From NCBI GenBank assembly GCA_043228905.1, contig JBHGNT010000022.1:10044001-10108000 (forward strand): a stretch of DNA of 64,000 bases, written 5' to 3'. The stretch is from Azolla caroliniana. Taxonomy: Eukaryota; Plantae; Polypodiophyta. The number at the start of each line of letters is the position of its first letter. The stretch's first letter is position 1. The notes under the pieces are model-generated. The model made no database searches, had not been told where the DNA came from, and was given only the letters and a program-made list of their open reading frames with translations. Made by a program: the position numbers and the translations under genes. This document shows, in pieces, positions 49,855-61,298 of this stretch.

Positions 49855-52800
49855 ACGAACACTTTTATACAAGTCCATACAGATTGACAGAAGTACGGTG
49901 TACTTCAATGCTCACTCGAGCGTTTGACACTAACTACGAGAGTAATAACTCCCTAGTAGTCTAGTTGCTACTAAGCTTCCTGTTATTAATGGATCCGGCT
50001 AACCGGCTCCCCAGCTCACCGGCTCTTTGCTCACCGACTCACCAATCCGTCTCGCTCATCAACTCAGGCTTAATCAGCCAATCCGGCTCCGATTGAGCTT
50101 GCCGCTCAACAAGGATGAAAAGCCTTCTTTTTCCATGGCAACAATGGCAAGTAATATAATATCATGGGTTCCATAATACATTGTACAACCTTCAAGCGTA
50201 CATGAAATGACCAAGATTTTGACTTCCTATACATGAATTTATCCCTCAACTTACTAGACATCCATTCAAGCAATTGACCATTTGTAACATTCATTCCTAA
50301 TGGATAGTCGAAGTGTTGAAAAATAGATCCTTTCTTCACCATGGATCCTTGCCATCCTAAACATTCCAAATCCCTTTCAGTACATGATATGAGACTAGAC
50401 TTCCTCCAATTAATATGTAACCCGGAAGCCAATGCAAATTGGTTCCATACAAGCATCCCCTTCTCAAGATTCTCTCGTGAGGCTTGTAGAAACATGAAAG
50501 GATCATCAACCAATGCTTGTGCTACTAGTTGCCGTCCAAACAGAAGGTGTAGACCCACAATGTCACCATTTGTTGCAAGCCTTGATAGCATCACTAATAC
50601 GGGATGAGTAACAATAGCAAACAACAATGGACTAAGAGGGCATCCTTGACGAACGGATCTTGTGAAGGCAATATCTGATGTAAATCACCCATTAAGCATT
50701 ACTCGAGACGCTGCATCTTGTCCTAATAAAAATATGAGGCGAGACATACGATATCCAACGTCCATTATATGCAATAACCCAGAAAAAAAGAACCAATTAA
50801 CATGATCATAAGCTATCTCCAAATGTAATTGCATCATAATCCATGGCCATTTGAACAATCAACACATTATGAAATATATTCCTACTTGCTATAAAACCAT
50901 ATTGGGCAGGATGTATCAACTTTGGTAAGTACTTTTGTAATCTATTTGCCAAGACCTTTGTAAATATCTTATACAACCCCCCCATCAAAGAAATAGGTCT
51001 CCATTGATGAAATGACTCGGGAGATGCCACCTTTGAAAGTAATTTAATTAGATCAACCTTCCAAGCTTGAGACATACAAACAGAATCCCAAGAATGTGAA
51101 ACCTCCTTTAAAATGTTCGAATATCGCTAAAAAACTTCATTTGTCAAGCCATCGCAACCAGGGTTCTTACCACTAGGAAGATGCCTTAAAACTGTGTCCA
51201 CCTCATCCTGAGTGCAATCCGCATCCAACTCATGACTAATGAGGTCATCACAATACATCCAGCCACATCATAAAACTAATGGCGAGCTCTACTCACCTCA
51301 TTTGTCATTAACAATTGTGGGTCAATCAACTCCTTAAAATAATGAACACATATGTCAATTATTGTAGTAGGATCCACTATCAATTCATCCCCTTGCTTCA
51401 CATGTACCACATTAGATCGAGCATAAGTAGGATGTAACGCTTGGAAAAACAAATGAGATTGACGTTGATTATCTATGAGCCCATCGCTCAGTTGATGCAT
51501 CTTCGCATAACAATAACTTTGGCATTGCAACTGAGAGATAATAACCTACAATTGACTTTGGATATCCTAAAGCTTCTCATCTAATGGTTCATGTATCAAT
51601 AATGCATTACACTTGGAGAGAACTTGTGAGAATTGTCGAAGAAGACCTCTTCTTCGTTGAGCTTTAGTTACTCCATACATATGATGAATGATCTTAATGT
51701 TTCCTAACGTGATATCCCATGCTTTAACTCCTTTAAGATTCACTTCTTGATTCTCATGCACCACATCCTTAGGGTTGTCTATCGAAATATTTTGTTTAAG
51801 TCCTCCCGCTTGACGAAAACCTCGAGAATTCAATGAATTTACAACCTGTCCCAATGAATCAAATTGATGGTGAAGGGGTAATCCCTTATCCCTAAATTAT
51901 TATTGCCAAGGAACTTTTTGAGGACCCTCCCTAGTTCCTTAATTACCTTGCTAAGTAGTCTCACAAGTAGTGGGCAAACTATTATGTTGCATATTCATTG
52001 ATTTCCCCTTCGACTTGCCCTTAGCTTGATGCCAATCTTTGTCAACAACATCACTACTAACTTTATCCAACGGTTTTTTCCCCTTCTCTATAACCAATAA
52101 ACTTTGTTTTTCCATATCCATAGATTGAGTTCCCTTATTCTTAGGGCCCAAACCTTGAAATGAGACCTCTCTATAACCTGCTCTAGATGATGTTCCTTCA
52201 TCCATGACAACCACAATATCTAACACACCAACATCTCTCCCAACTCCTTCCTTACCATTCCCTTCATTCGGAACCTGTATAGTTGAAGGACAATGACAAT
52301 GGCATTCCTCCATAAAGTGACCCCATTCACCATATCCAAAACAATGACCTGCAAATGTCTCCCACTTCAATTTAAAACAAAGTCTTTTCATACCAGATGT
52401 GATCATACGCACCCATCCTAGCCTCTTACGACTTGTATCCCATAACACACAAAATTTGCACTTATTTGTAGCATTTCATGTGGAGATACCAACACTTTAC
52501 CCATTTGACTCATCAACTCTGGTAAAAGTGGCCATAAAAAAGCATGCTTACAATCCACTGTTACCCAAACAGGGCATTCTTGTTTTAACAAGGGATGATA
52601 GTCCACTACAGGGAACCATTGCATTACATGCACCAATCATTTATCAAAAAATATAGGAACTTTAGCCAACAATGCACTTCGATGTTCCGGTGAACGAAAT
52701 ACTACATCATAAAACCCTCGTGGTCCGGCATATATATTTTCAACACAATTTGGTGACACGATTGTGATAAACCATTGTTTAATCTAATTAATGTATGGGA

Positions 52801-53498
52801 GTTTCCAGGTAAAAAATAATATAATTACACGATCATAGAATACATAAAAAGATTGTAACATTGCTTTATCATCAACTTCCACATCATGAACACCCTCATC
52901 AATGCATTCTTTCACTTCATTTTCATTTTCTTCCACAACATCTAACAATAAGGTATTGACAATTCCCCATAAATTATCCCAATTACAATAATCCTTGTCA
53001 ACCTCATCTACATGTATAACTTCGGCATATGTCAATTTTTTCTCATTAATTTCCTCAATACCCTTAAACCTCTTAGAGCTTCCAATGTCTTCCCTTTCAC
53101 GATTACGTTCAACCATCACATTACTCTTTTTTTGATCAATTGTTTCCATATTGATGTCCCCCACAATTTGTGAGGAATTCATGTTTATATCCATTATTCT
53201 TGATGTGATTTCGATCCAGGATAAAAACAATTTTCCATGAACAAGAGAGATAATCAGAATTCACCCAATTGAAGAGGTCAAAGATTATGAAGACAATAGA
53301 AGACCCACAACGTGTGTTGAGTATGTGGATGCCGACAACACAAGATTCCTTATTTCTATCGTTGCTTCTCATATAGTCCACCAAATTTAACTTGCTATAT
53401 CTAATCGAGAGCTATCTGACACTTATCTTTATGCCCAATTTCGTTGACGATAGAGAGTGCAGCAATAAAAACAAATTCACTTAATATTCTTCTTCCCC
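43745..53498 (-). mobile_element. Degenerate L1-clade LINE (ORF1 about 51951-53230; ORF2 RT about 43745-51900) split by a copia
   Basis: ORF1 with CPVWV and knuckle CFGYGEWGHFMEEC; RT WRPISL, KVLANRL, RSVRQGCPLSPLLF, LVDD, SGLHINWRKS; frame continues across the copia TSD. Confidence 0.9.
44614..50111 (-). mobile_element. Full-length-type Ty1/copia (LTRs 44614-45083 and 49708-50111), defective
   Basis: Perfect TSD AGGAT; PBS TGGTATCAAAGC 49696-49707; gag ATG 49612, CWYCGKKGHRESEC, WYVDSDAS, INT-RT-RH ORF 45432-47990; frameshifts and an integrase C-terminal deletion. Confidence 0.96.
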
Positions 53499-53512
53499 TG
53501 TCCACTCTTGCT

Positions 53513-54803
53513 TCTTCCTTTTTTCTTTTTTTTTTTGTAAAAGCACTCAATTATATTAATTGTGTGTAAAATCCCCTTAGTTACAACACTTCTTAGTCTG
53601 TTCTACCTATCATATGCCTATGTAGGGAGAGGGACGTTCTGTAATGCTACTAAAAAACCTGAAATATGCAATTGAGGAAATGATCCCCACATGCTCTAAC
53701 ATCCAAAAATTCCACATGAGAATACCTTTAAGCTTATTTATATAGGCTTTCACCCCATGTCTATTATCAAATATGAAAGCATTACGCATATTCCAATTGT
53801 GTTGTATACCCCAATAACGTAAAAATTGGAACAATATCTCCATCTCATCATTTGATCCATTTTGAACATATTGAGAAAAAATCCATTGTTGAGGTCTCAA
53901 ACAACAACGACTTAAAACTTGCCAAATGTCCAATAAGTAATTCCAAATGGTACACGTTATAGGACATTTAATGAACCTATGTGTACTATCCTCCAATGAA
54001 ATGGTGCAAAAGAAACAAATGCCAGACCCTAGTCCTTGTCTCTTTAAGGCCAAACCTAATGGGAGCCCACGAATCATGACTCTCCATGTAAATACCTTTG
54101 CACGAAATGGTAGATGGGAATGCCAACCACGTTGTAATATTTTCGACCACCTTGCATCTGACTTATATACATTCCACACCTTCGTTGCTTTAGGAGATAG
54201 CCAAGATAATGATGCCATTGCATGATGATACAATATATTTGTAGTGACCTGTAACAAGCGTGTACCATCTTGTAACCGCTAATCTACCCAAGGTGCAAAA
54301 TTGGTTTTCAATGGCAACGATCCTTGCAACAATGGTATATCATGTAATTTCTCCCAAATAATTCCATAATTTGGGGGAATACATAACCATCTCTTGGCAT
54401 CTTCAAAATCTGAAAACCTTTGAGATTCATTATCAACCACATCTTCCAAATGTACAATCCCCAATCGAAATAAATGATTGAATTGAGATCTCAACTTCTC
54501 TTTCCCATGCCAAAACAACACTCGAGAAGAAACAAGCAATTCGTTTTGTAATGAATTACAATATTCTCGATCACTTGAAGGTCCCCATTCAAAAAGAGAT
54601 AATGCATCTTGCCAAGATCTTATCAAATGTTGTCCACATACAGAATGTTGAATATTTTTTAGAGGAATACTTCCATTCAATAGTGACCACCATGATGCTT
54701 GAATCTTTGTTTTCTCATGCACCAATCCTTCATGCTCAATAAAATATTGCATCATAGATATCCATGGTTGATCTTGTTGACATATATCTCGTAATGATTT
54801 TGT
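53513..54803 (-). mobile_element. 5'-truncated L1-clade LINE with poly(A) tail and 14-bp TSD
   Basis: Poly(T) at about 53519-53537; TSD TGTCCACTCTTGCT at 53499-53512 and 54804-54817; zf-RVT-like CFFC...EDSTHRFIKC; homologous to 43745-44460. Confidence 0.92.
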
Positions 54804-54814
54804 TGTCCACTCTT

Positions 54815-54815
<1 letters not shown>

Positions 54816-54857
<42 letters not shown>
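54816..54857. repeat. (CT)n microsatellite
   Basis: Visible directly. Confidence 0.95.
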
Positions 54858-54859
<2 letters not shown>

Positions 54860-55213
54860 AAGGCTCAAAAAAGTCCCTCACATTGAATTCCTAAAATCGC
54901 ATGAGAAGCAAGCAAAAAGACCCAAAAGATGCATAAAAGTAAAATTGTGTGTTCCAGTTGGCTACAAGATATAAAAAATGTGGTTTGATAGGTGGGATGC
55001 AACACATTTGCTTCATGATGCATCACTAGCTTCCTCTGTAAATGAGGTCTTTTTGCAACGCCAATGTATCATGACATGGGAAAATGTGGAGGCTCACATT
55101 TCACACATTATACTACACATGTTGGGAGACAGGTCCCTCCGGATGGGAAGGGAGAAGAACAGTGCCGACGAACAAACTCGGCCGAGGCGGATAGGCCGAG
55201 GCTGAATCCGTAT

Positions 55214-55483
55214 GAGGAGTACCCGGCTACAGAGAGCCGGATGGCGCAGACCCGGTATGAACCAGATGAGAAGTACCCGGCTACGGAGAGCCGGATGATA
55301 CAGGCCCGGTGAGAACCGGAAGAGGAGTACCCGGCTACGGAGAGCCGGATGGTGCAGACCCGATATGAACCGGATGAGGAGTACCCGGCTACGGAGAGCC
55401 GGATGATACAGGCACGGTGAGAACCGGATGAGGAGCACCCGACTACGGAGAGCCGGATGACGCAGACCCGGTGAGAACCGGAG
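55214..55483 (+). repeat. 54-bp tandem array in LTR U3 (5 units; about 5.5 units at 60129-60425)
   Basis: GAGGAGTACCCGGCTACGGAGAGCCGGATG... with period 54. Confidence 0.95.
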
Positions 55484-55962
55484 GAAGAGACATATTCGTA
55501 AATATGTTTCTGAGAGCCCATCGAGGCTATATTTGTAAATAGCCGAAAAGTCATATTAGTATAAATATGACTTAGGGCAATCTTTTAGTTGTGGTTGTCA
55601 TTTTCTATTTTGCCCGAGATTGGTGTGCGTAATTGTACACAGAGAGAGAGAGAGAGAAAGAAGTTGTTGCCTCTGTTGTAACCGCCGCCTGTGGCGAAGA
55701 TTTGTGAGCACGAGGTCGGTGCCTCAGTGAACTCACTGTTGTATATTCCTACATAGTGATAGTTTGCAGCCTGTGGGCTGCCGTGGTTTTTCCCCTAGTT
55801 TGGGGTTTTCCACGTAAACCTCCTGCGTATTCTCTCCTTCTTTGTGTCGCGTTTTATTTCCCATTTTCTGTGTATCATTCTAAGCTCGGTTGTGGCCGAG
55901 CGTTGCGCATAAGGAACATTGGGTTCCTGTCAAGTGGTATCAGAGCGAATCGACACAGAAAA

Positions 55963-58900
55963 ATGGACGAATCATTTGGCGGCATGTTCAAGCTCACCGG
56001 CTCCAACTATTCAGTGTGGAAGTCGAAGATGAGGGACATGCTCGTGGTTAAAGACCTCTGGTTGCCGGTTCAGTTCGGGGACAAGAGACCGGACAAAATC
56101 GACGCCGTGATATGGGAGGTGATGCACATGAAGACAACGGCGTACATACGGTGCTTCATCGACATGAGCCTATACAACAACTTCAATGAAGAGAGCAAGG
56201 CTCATGAGCTCTGGGAGAAGATCGACATAATGTTCCAGAACAAAAGTGCTGTCAATCAGGTGTCGGTATTCCGGAAGCTAGTAAGACTCCGGTACCAAGA
56301 TGGCTCCAGCATGGCGGAGCACATGAATGCCTTCCATGGGTTGATACACCAGGCAACGTCATTGGAAGTACCTCTTGCCGATGAGGTACTAGCGCTACTC
56401 CTGCTCGGTTCCCTCCCGGATAGCTGGGAGACGTTGGTTGTCACTTTGGGCAACGCTGGGCCGGAAGGAAAACGGTTATCCCTAGCAAGAGTAAAGTCGA
56501 GCTTGCTAGATGAGGAGGCGCGTCGGAAGGATAAAGATACGAGCTCTGACTCCAAAGCGCTCCTTACCGAATCGGAATGCGGAAGACATAGAAACCGTAG
56601 TCCCCAGAACCGGGAGAAGTCGGGGACACGGTCAAAGTCAAGGGGGAGGCCTACTTGCTTCTATTGCGGCAAGTCGGGACACTTCCAAAAGAACTGTTGG
56701 CATTTCCGTAAAGACAAGGAAACCGACGGTACCGATTCGAAGCAAACCTCGGACCAGAATGGTAAAGACCAGAATGGTAAAGACCGGAGGGGGCCGGACT
56801 GGAAGGGAACGACGGCAATCGCGGCAAGTGAAGAAGAGTTGATGCTCATCACCGAGGAGAGTGAAATAAACCTTGCCGGCGACGAGATGACCTGGGTGGT
56901 AGACTCCGGAGCGTCGTTCCACCTTACCCCGGACCGGAAATGCTTCTCATCCTATTCAGCCGGTGATCACGGTTGTGTCCGGATGGGGAATGAAGGAACA
57001 TGCCGAATCGTTGGCATAGGAGACGTGTGGCTGACAACACAAACCGGATGCAAGTTGCTGCTGAAGGATGTCCGACACGTTCCGGAAGTTCGTCTGAACC
57101 TGATATCAGCGGGTCGGCTAGATGATGAAGGCTACACGGGTAGCATCCGGAACGGTGTCATGAAGTTCAGCAAAGGGAGCCTGATTGTGGCTCGGGCCCG
57201 GAAGGTCAACACGCTGTACCTGATGAATGCCCGGTTATGTCCGGAAGAAGTGAACGTGGCATCCGACACTGCCAGTGAGCTGTGGCACAAGAGGTTGTGT
57301 CATATGAGCGAGAAGGGGATGAAGAGGCTTGCAGACGACAACCTCATTCCAGTGAAGAACGTGCACTTAGAGAAGTGCACTGATTGTCTGGCCGGTAAGC
57401 AGAACTGGACCTCCTTCCGACCAAGGCCACCGATGAGACGTAATGCACCACTGGAGTTGGTGCATACGGATGTGTGTCAGGTAGACACGAAGTCACATGC
57501 CAGAGCGCAGTACTTTGTGACGTTCATAGATGACCACAGCCGGAAGCTGTGGGCCACACCGTTGAAGACGAAGGATCAGGTGTTATCCGTCTTCAAAGAG
57601 CTCCACGCGAGAGTGGAAAGAGAAACTGGCCGAAAGCTGAAGGCGGTTCGAGCAGATAACGGAGGAGAATACCGGGAGTAGTTCGAGGAGTACTGCCGCT
57701 CGAAGGGAATTCGGCTCAAATTTACCGTGCCGAAGACGCCGGAACTAAACGGACTGGCCGAAAGGATGAACCGGACCATAATGGAGAGGGTCCAGAGTAT
57801 GCTAGCGCATGCAAAACTACCCAAGAAGTTTTGGGCTGAGGCACTGTCGACTGCGACATACGTGATAAATAGATCACCCTCAGTACCCTTGGATGGAGAC
57901 ACGCCACAAAGAGTATGGACCGGTAAGGAAGTATCCTACCGGCATCTGAAGGTTTTCGGGTGTCTCGCGTACGTGCATGTAGCTAAGGACCGGAGAGGAA
58001 AGTTAGATCCAAAGACCCGGCCATGCATATTCCTCGGTTACGGTGACGATGAGTTCGGCTACCGAGTGTGGGACCTGGTCGACAAGAAGGTATTCCAGAG
58101 TCGAGATATTATCTTCATGGAGAACAAGATGCTCGCCGACTGGGAGTCGGAGAAGAAGATAATGAACTCCGAGTCGACCGGTAAGGATAGACTCTACGAT
58201 GAGCAGACCCAACCGGCAAGAGACCGGTTATCACTCGAGGAACCAGCCGGTTACGGTGAGGATACCGAACCGGCAGATGAAGAGGTAGAGGAAGCTGAGA
58301 CCGGAACCGGCCAAGACCCCGAATCGGATTCGGATGAAGAGCAAATGGAGGAGCCGGTTACCGAAGCCCGAAGACGGAGATATCCTCTCAGAGAGAGAAG
58401 GGCCCCCCGGAGATTTCCGGATGCAGAGCATGTTCTGCTGACCGATGAGGGGGAGCTGGAAAGCTTCGAAGAAGTGAAGGAAGACACCCACAGCCGAAAA
58501 TGGTTAAGTGCCATGCAGGACGAGATGGATTCCCTCCATGAGAACCATACATACGAATTGGTGGAGTTGCCGAAAGGAAAGTGGGCACTCCGAAACAAGT
58601 GGGTGTACAAGTTGAAACCGGGAGATGCCGACAACCCCCCGAGATACAAAGCCAGGATCGTGGTGAAGGGGTACCAGTAGAAGAAGGGTGTGGACTTCGG
58701 CGAGATATTTGCCCCGGTAGTAAAGATGACCTCCATCCGGACGGTGCTGAGTATAGCAGCAAGCATGGACCTTGAGGTAGAGCAGCTGGACGTGAAGACG
58801 ACATTCCTTCACGGCGACCTCGAAGAGGAGATCTACATCCAGCAACCGGAAGGATTCGTGGAGAAAGGGAAGGAGCACCTGGTATGCCGGTTGAAGAAGA

Positions 58901-60024
58901 GCTTGTACGGACTGAAGCAGGCTCCCCGACAATGGTACCGGAAGTTCGAATCCTTCATGACCGATCAAGGGTACCACAAGACGCAGGCCGATCACTGCGT
59001 GTTTGTGAAGAGGTTCGAAGGAGGCGACTTCTTGATACTCCTTCTGTACGTGGATGACATGTTGATCGTCGGACGTGACCAAGTCAAAATACGGATGCTG
59101 AAGAAGGCCCTCAACCGAACCTTCTCAATGAAGGACTTGGGTCCGGCAAGACAGATGCTGGGGATGCACATCATCCATAACCGGAAAGCGAAGCAATTAT
59201 GGCTGTCACAGGAGAAGTACATGACAAAGGTGCTTCACCGGTTCAACATGTCAGATGCAAAACCAGTCGGATCGACACTTCCGGCAAACTGCAAGCTATC
59301 TGGCAAGCAAAGCCCGAAGACGAAAGCAGAGAAGGCGGATATGATGAAGATTCCATATGCCTCTATCGTCGGGAGCTTGATGTACGCAATGGTTTGTACC
59401 CGACCGGATATTGGATACGCAGTCGGAGTGGTGAGCCGGTTTATGAGTAATCCCGGCAAGGAGCACTGGAACGCGGTCAAATGGATACTCCGGTATTTGA
59501 AGGACACTTCAAATATGTGTCTCCGATTCGGCTCCGGAAAACCTCAACTGGACGGTTTTACTGATTCGGACATGTCGGCTGATGTGGATACCAGCCGGTC
59601 TACATCCGGGTATGTAATGACATATGCAGGGGGAGCTTTTTCGTGGCAGTCGAGGCTGTAGAAGACGGTTGCACTATCAACCATGGAGGCGGAGTACATG
59701 GCAGCTGTGGAAGCCGGCAAGGAAATATTATGGATGAAGGACTTCATCGAAGAGCTCGGTATCCGGCAAGAGGAATACCGACTCTATTGGGACAGTCAAA
59801 GTGCCATCCACCTTGCTAAGAATGCAGCCTACCATTCTCGGACTAAGCATATCCAACGAAGATATCACTGGATCCGGGAAAGAATAGATGACCAGGAGTT
59901 CGCACTGACGAAGATCCACACGGCCGAGAACGGGTCAGATATGCTGACCAAAGTGCTGACACCCGACAAGCTGGATGCATGCCGGAAGCGGATCGGACTG
60001 GTAAGACACCCCATGCCGGAGTGA
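55963..60024 (+). pseudogene. Copia gag-pol polyprotein, one frame, three nonsense codons
   Basis: CFYCGKSGHFQKNC, VVDSGAS, VHTDV/RADNGGEY, LYVDDM, FTDSD/RTKHI; TAG at 57679, 58678 and 59659. Confidence 0.93.
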
Positions 60025-60874
60025 AGGGGGAGTTTGTTGGGAGACAGGTCCCTCCGGATGGGAAGGGAGAAGAACAGTGCCGACGAACAAACTCGGCCGA
60101 GGCAGATAGGCCGAGGCCGAATCCGTATGAGGAGTACCCGGCTACGGAGAGCCGGATGGCGCAGACCCAGTATGAACCGGATGAGGAGTACCCGGCTACG
60201 GAGAGCCGGATGATACAGGCCCGGTGAGAACTGGAAGAGGAGTACCTGGCTACGGAGAGCCGGATGGTGCAGACCCAGTATGAACCGGAAGAGGAGTACC
60301 CGGCTACGGAGAGCCGGATGGTGCAGACCCAGTATGAACCGGATGAGGAGTACCCGGCTACGGAGAGCCGGATGATACAGGCCCGGTGAGAACCAGATGA
60401 CGCAGACCCGGTGAGAACCGGAAGAAGAGACATATTCGTAAATATGTTTCTGAGAGCCCATCGAGGCTATATTTGTAAATAGCCGAAAAGTCATATTAGT
60501 ATAAATATGACTTAGGGCAATCTTTTAGTTGTGGTTGTCATTTTCTGTTTTGCACGAGATTGGTGTGCGTAACTGTACAAAGAGAGAGAGAGAGAGAGAA
60601 AGAGGTTGTTGCCTCTGTTGTAACCGCCGCCTGTGGCGAAGATTTGTGAGCACGAGGTCGGTGCCTCCGTGAACTCACTGTTGTATATTCCTACATAGTG
60701 ATAGTTTGCAGCCTGTGGGCTGCCGTGGTTTTTCCCCTAATTTGGGGTCTTCCACGTAAACCTCCTGCGTATTCTCTCCTTCTTTGTGTCACGTTTTATT
60801 TCCCGTTTTCTGTGTATCATTCTAAGCTCGGTTGTGGCCGAGCGTTGCGCATAAGGAACGTTGGGTTCCCGTCA

Positions 60875-61025
60875 CATGTTACACTTAACTACAAAACCAT
60901 ATTCTGTGTAGAACGACGAAAGAGGCCATTTTGCAATGCCAATGTATCATGACATGGGAAAATGTGGAGGCTCACGTTTCACACATTATACTACACATGT
61001 TACACTTAACTACAAAACCATATTT
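60875..61025. repeat. 121-bp tandem duplication whose first copy (from about 55040) is split by the copia
   Basis: GCCAATGTATCATGACATGGGAAAATGTGGAGGCTCAC at 55060 and 60938; ACACTTAACTACAAAACCATATT at 60881 and 61002. Confidence 0.9.
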
Positions 61026-61298
61026 TGGTCGACTATCCACACTTACGTTGGGATACAAGTGATGATAGTGGTCGACTATCCACACTTTACCCTAAACATA
61101 TTCGAGAGTATGAGTATCACACTTTGATACAATGCTTCGCCTTTGATAATATTCGACCATGTTTTGCACACATCTTCGGCCAAGCCCAATCTTTGCACGA
61201 ATTTCTCTCACGACCACAATGTGCACTCTCGATTGCAACATTCATTGGTAAAGTTTTTGAACATTGAGAGTCGCTACTCATTTTCACATGTATCACGT

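Larger units (their letters stand above)
55120..60874 (+). mobile_element. Full-length Ty1/copia (Tnt1/Tork-like); LTRs 55120-55932 and 60035-60874
   Basis: TG..CA LTRs of high identity; PBS TGGTATCAGAGC 55935; PPT GAAGGGGGAG 60023-60032; complete gag-PR-INT-RT-RH order. Confidence 0.97.

Noticed and set aside
19203-50116. Same TSD AGGAT for two copia elements
   Set aside because: Different families, and other copia TSDs here (GAATA, CATGT) differ; likely chance.
55214-55483. Regular arrays here and at 12869-13513 and 24781-24924 as CRISPR-like
   Set aside because: Head-to-tail units with no unique spacers, inside LTRs of a eukaryote; no cas genes.
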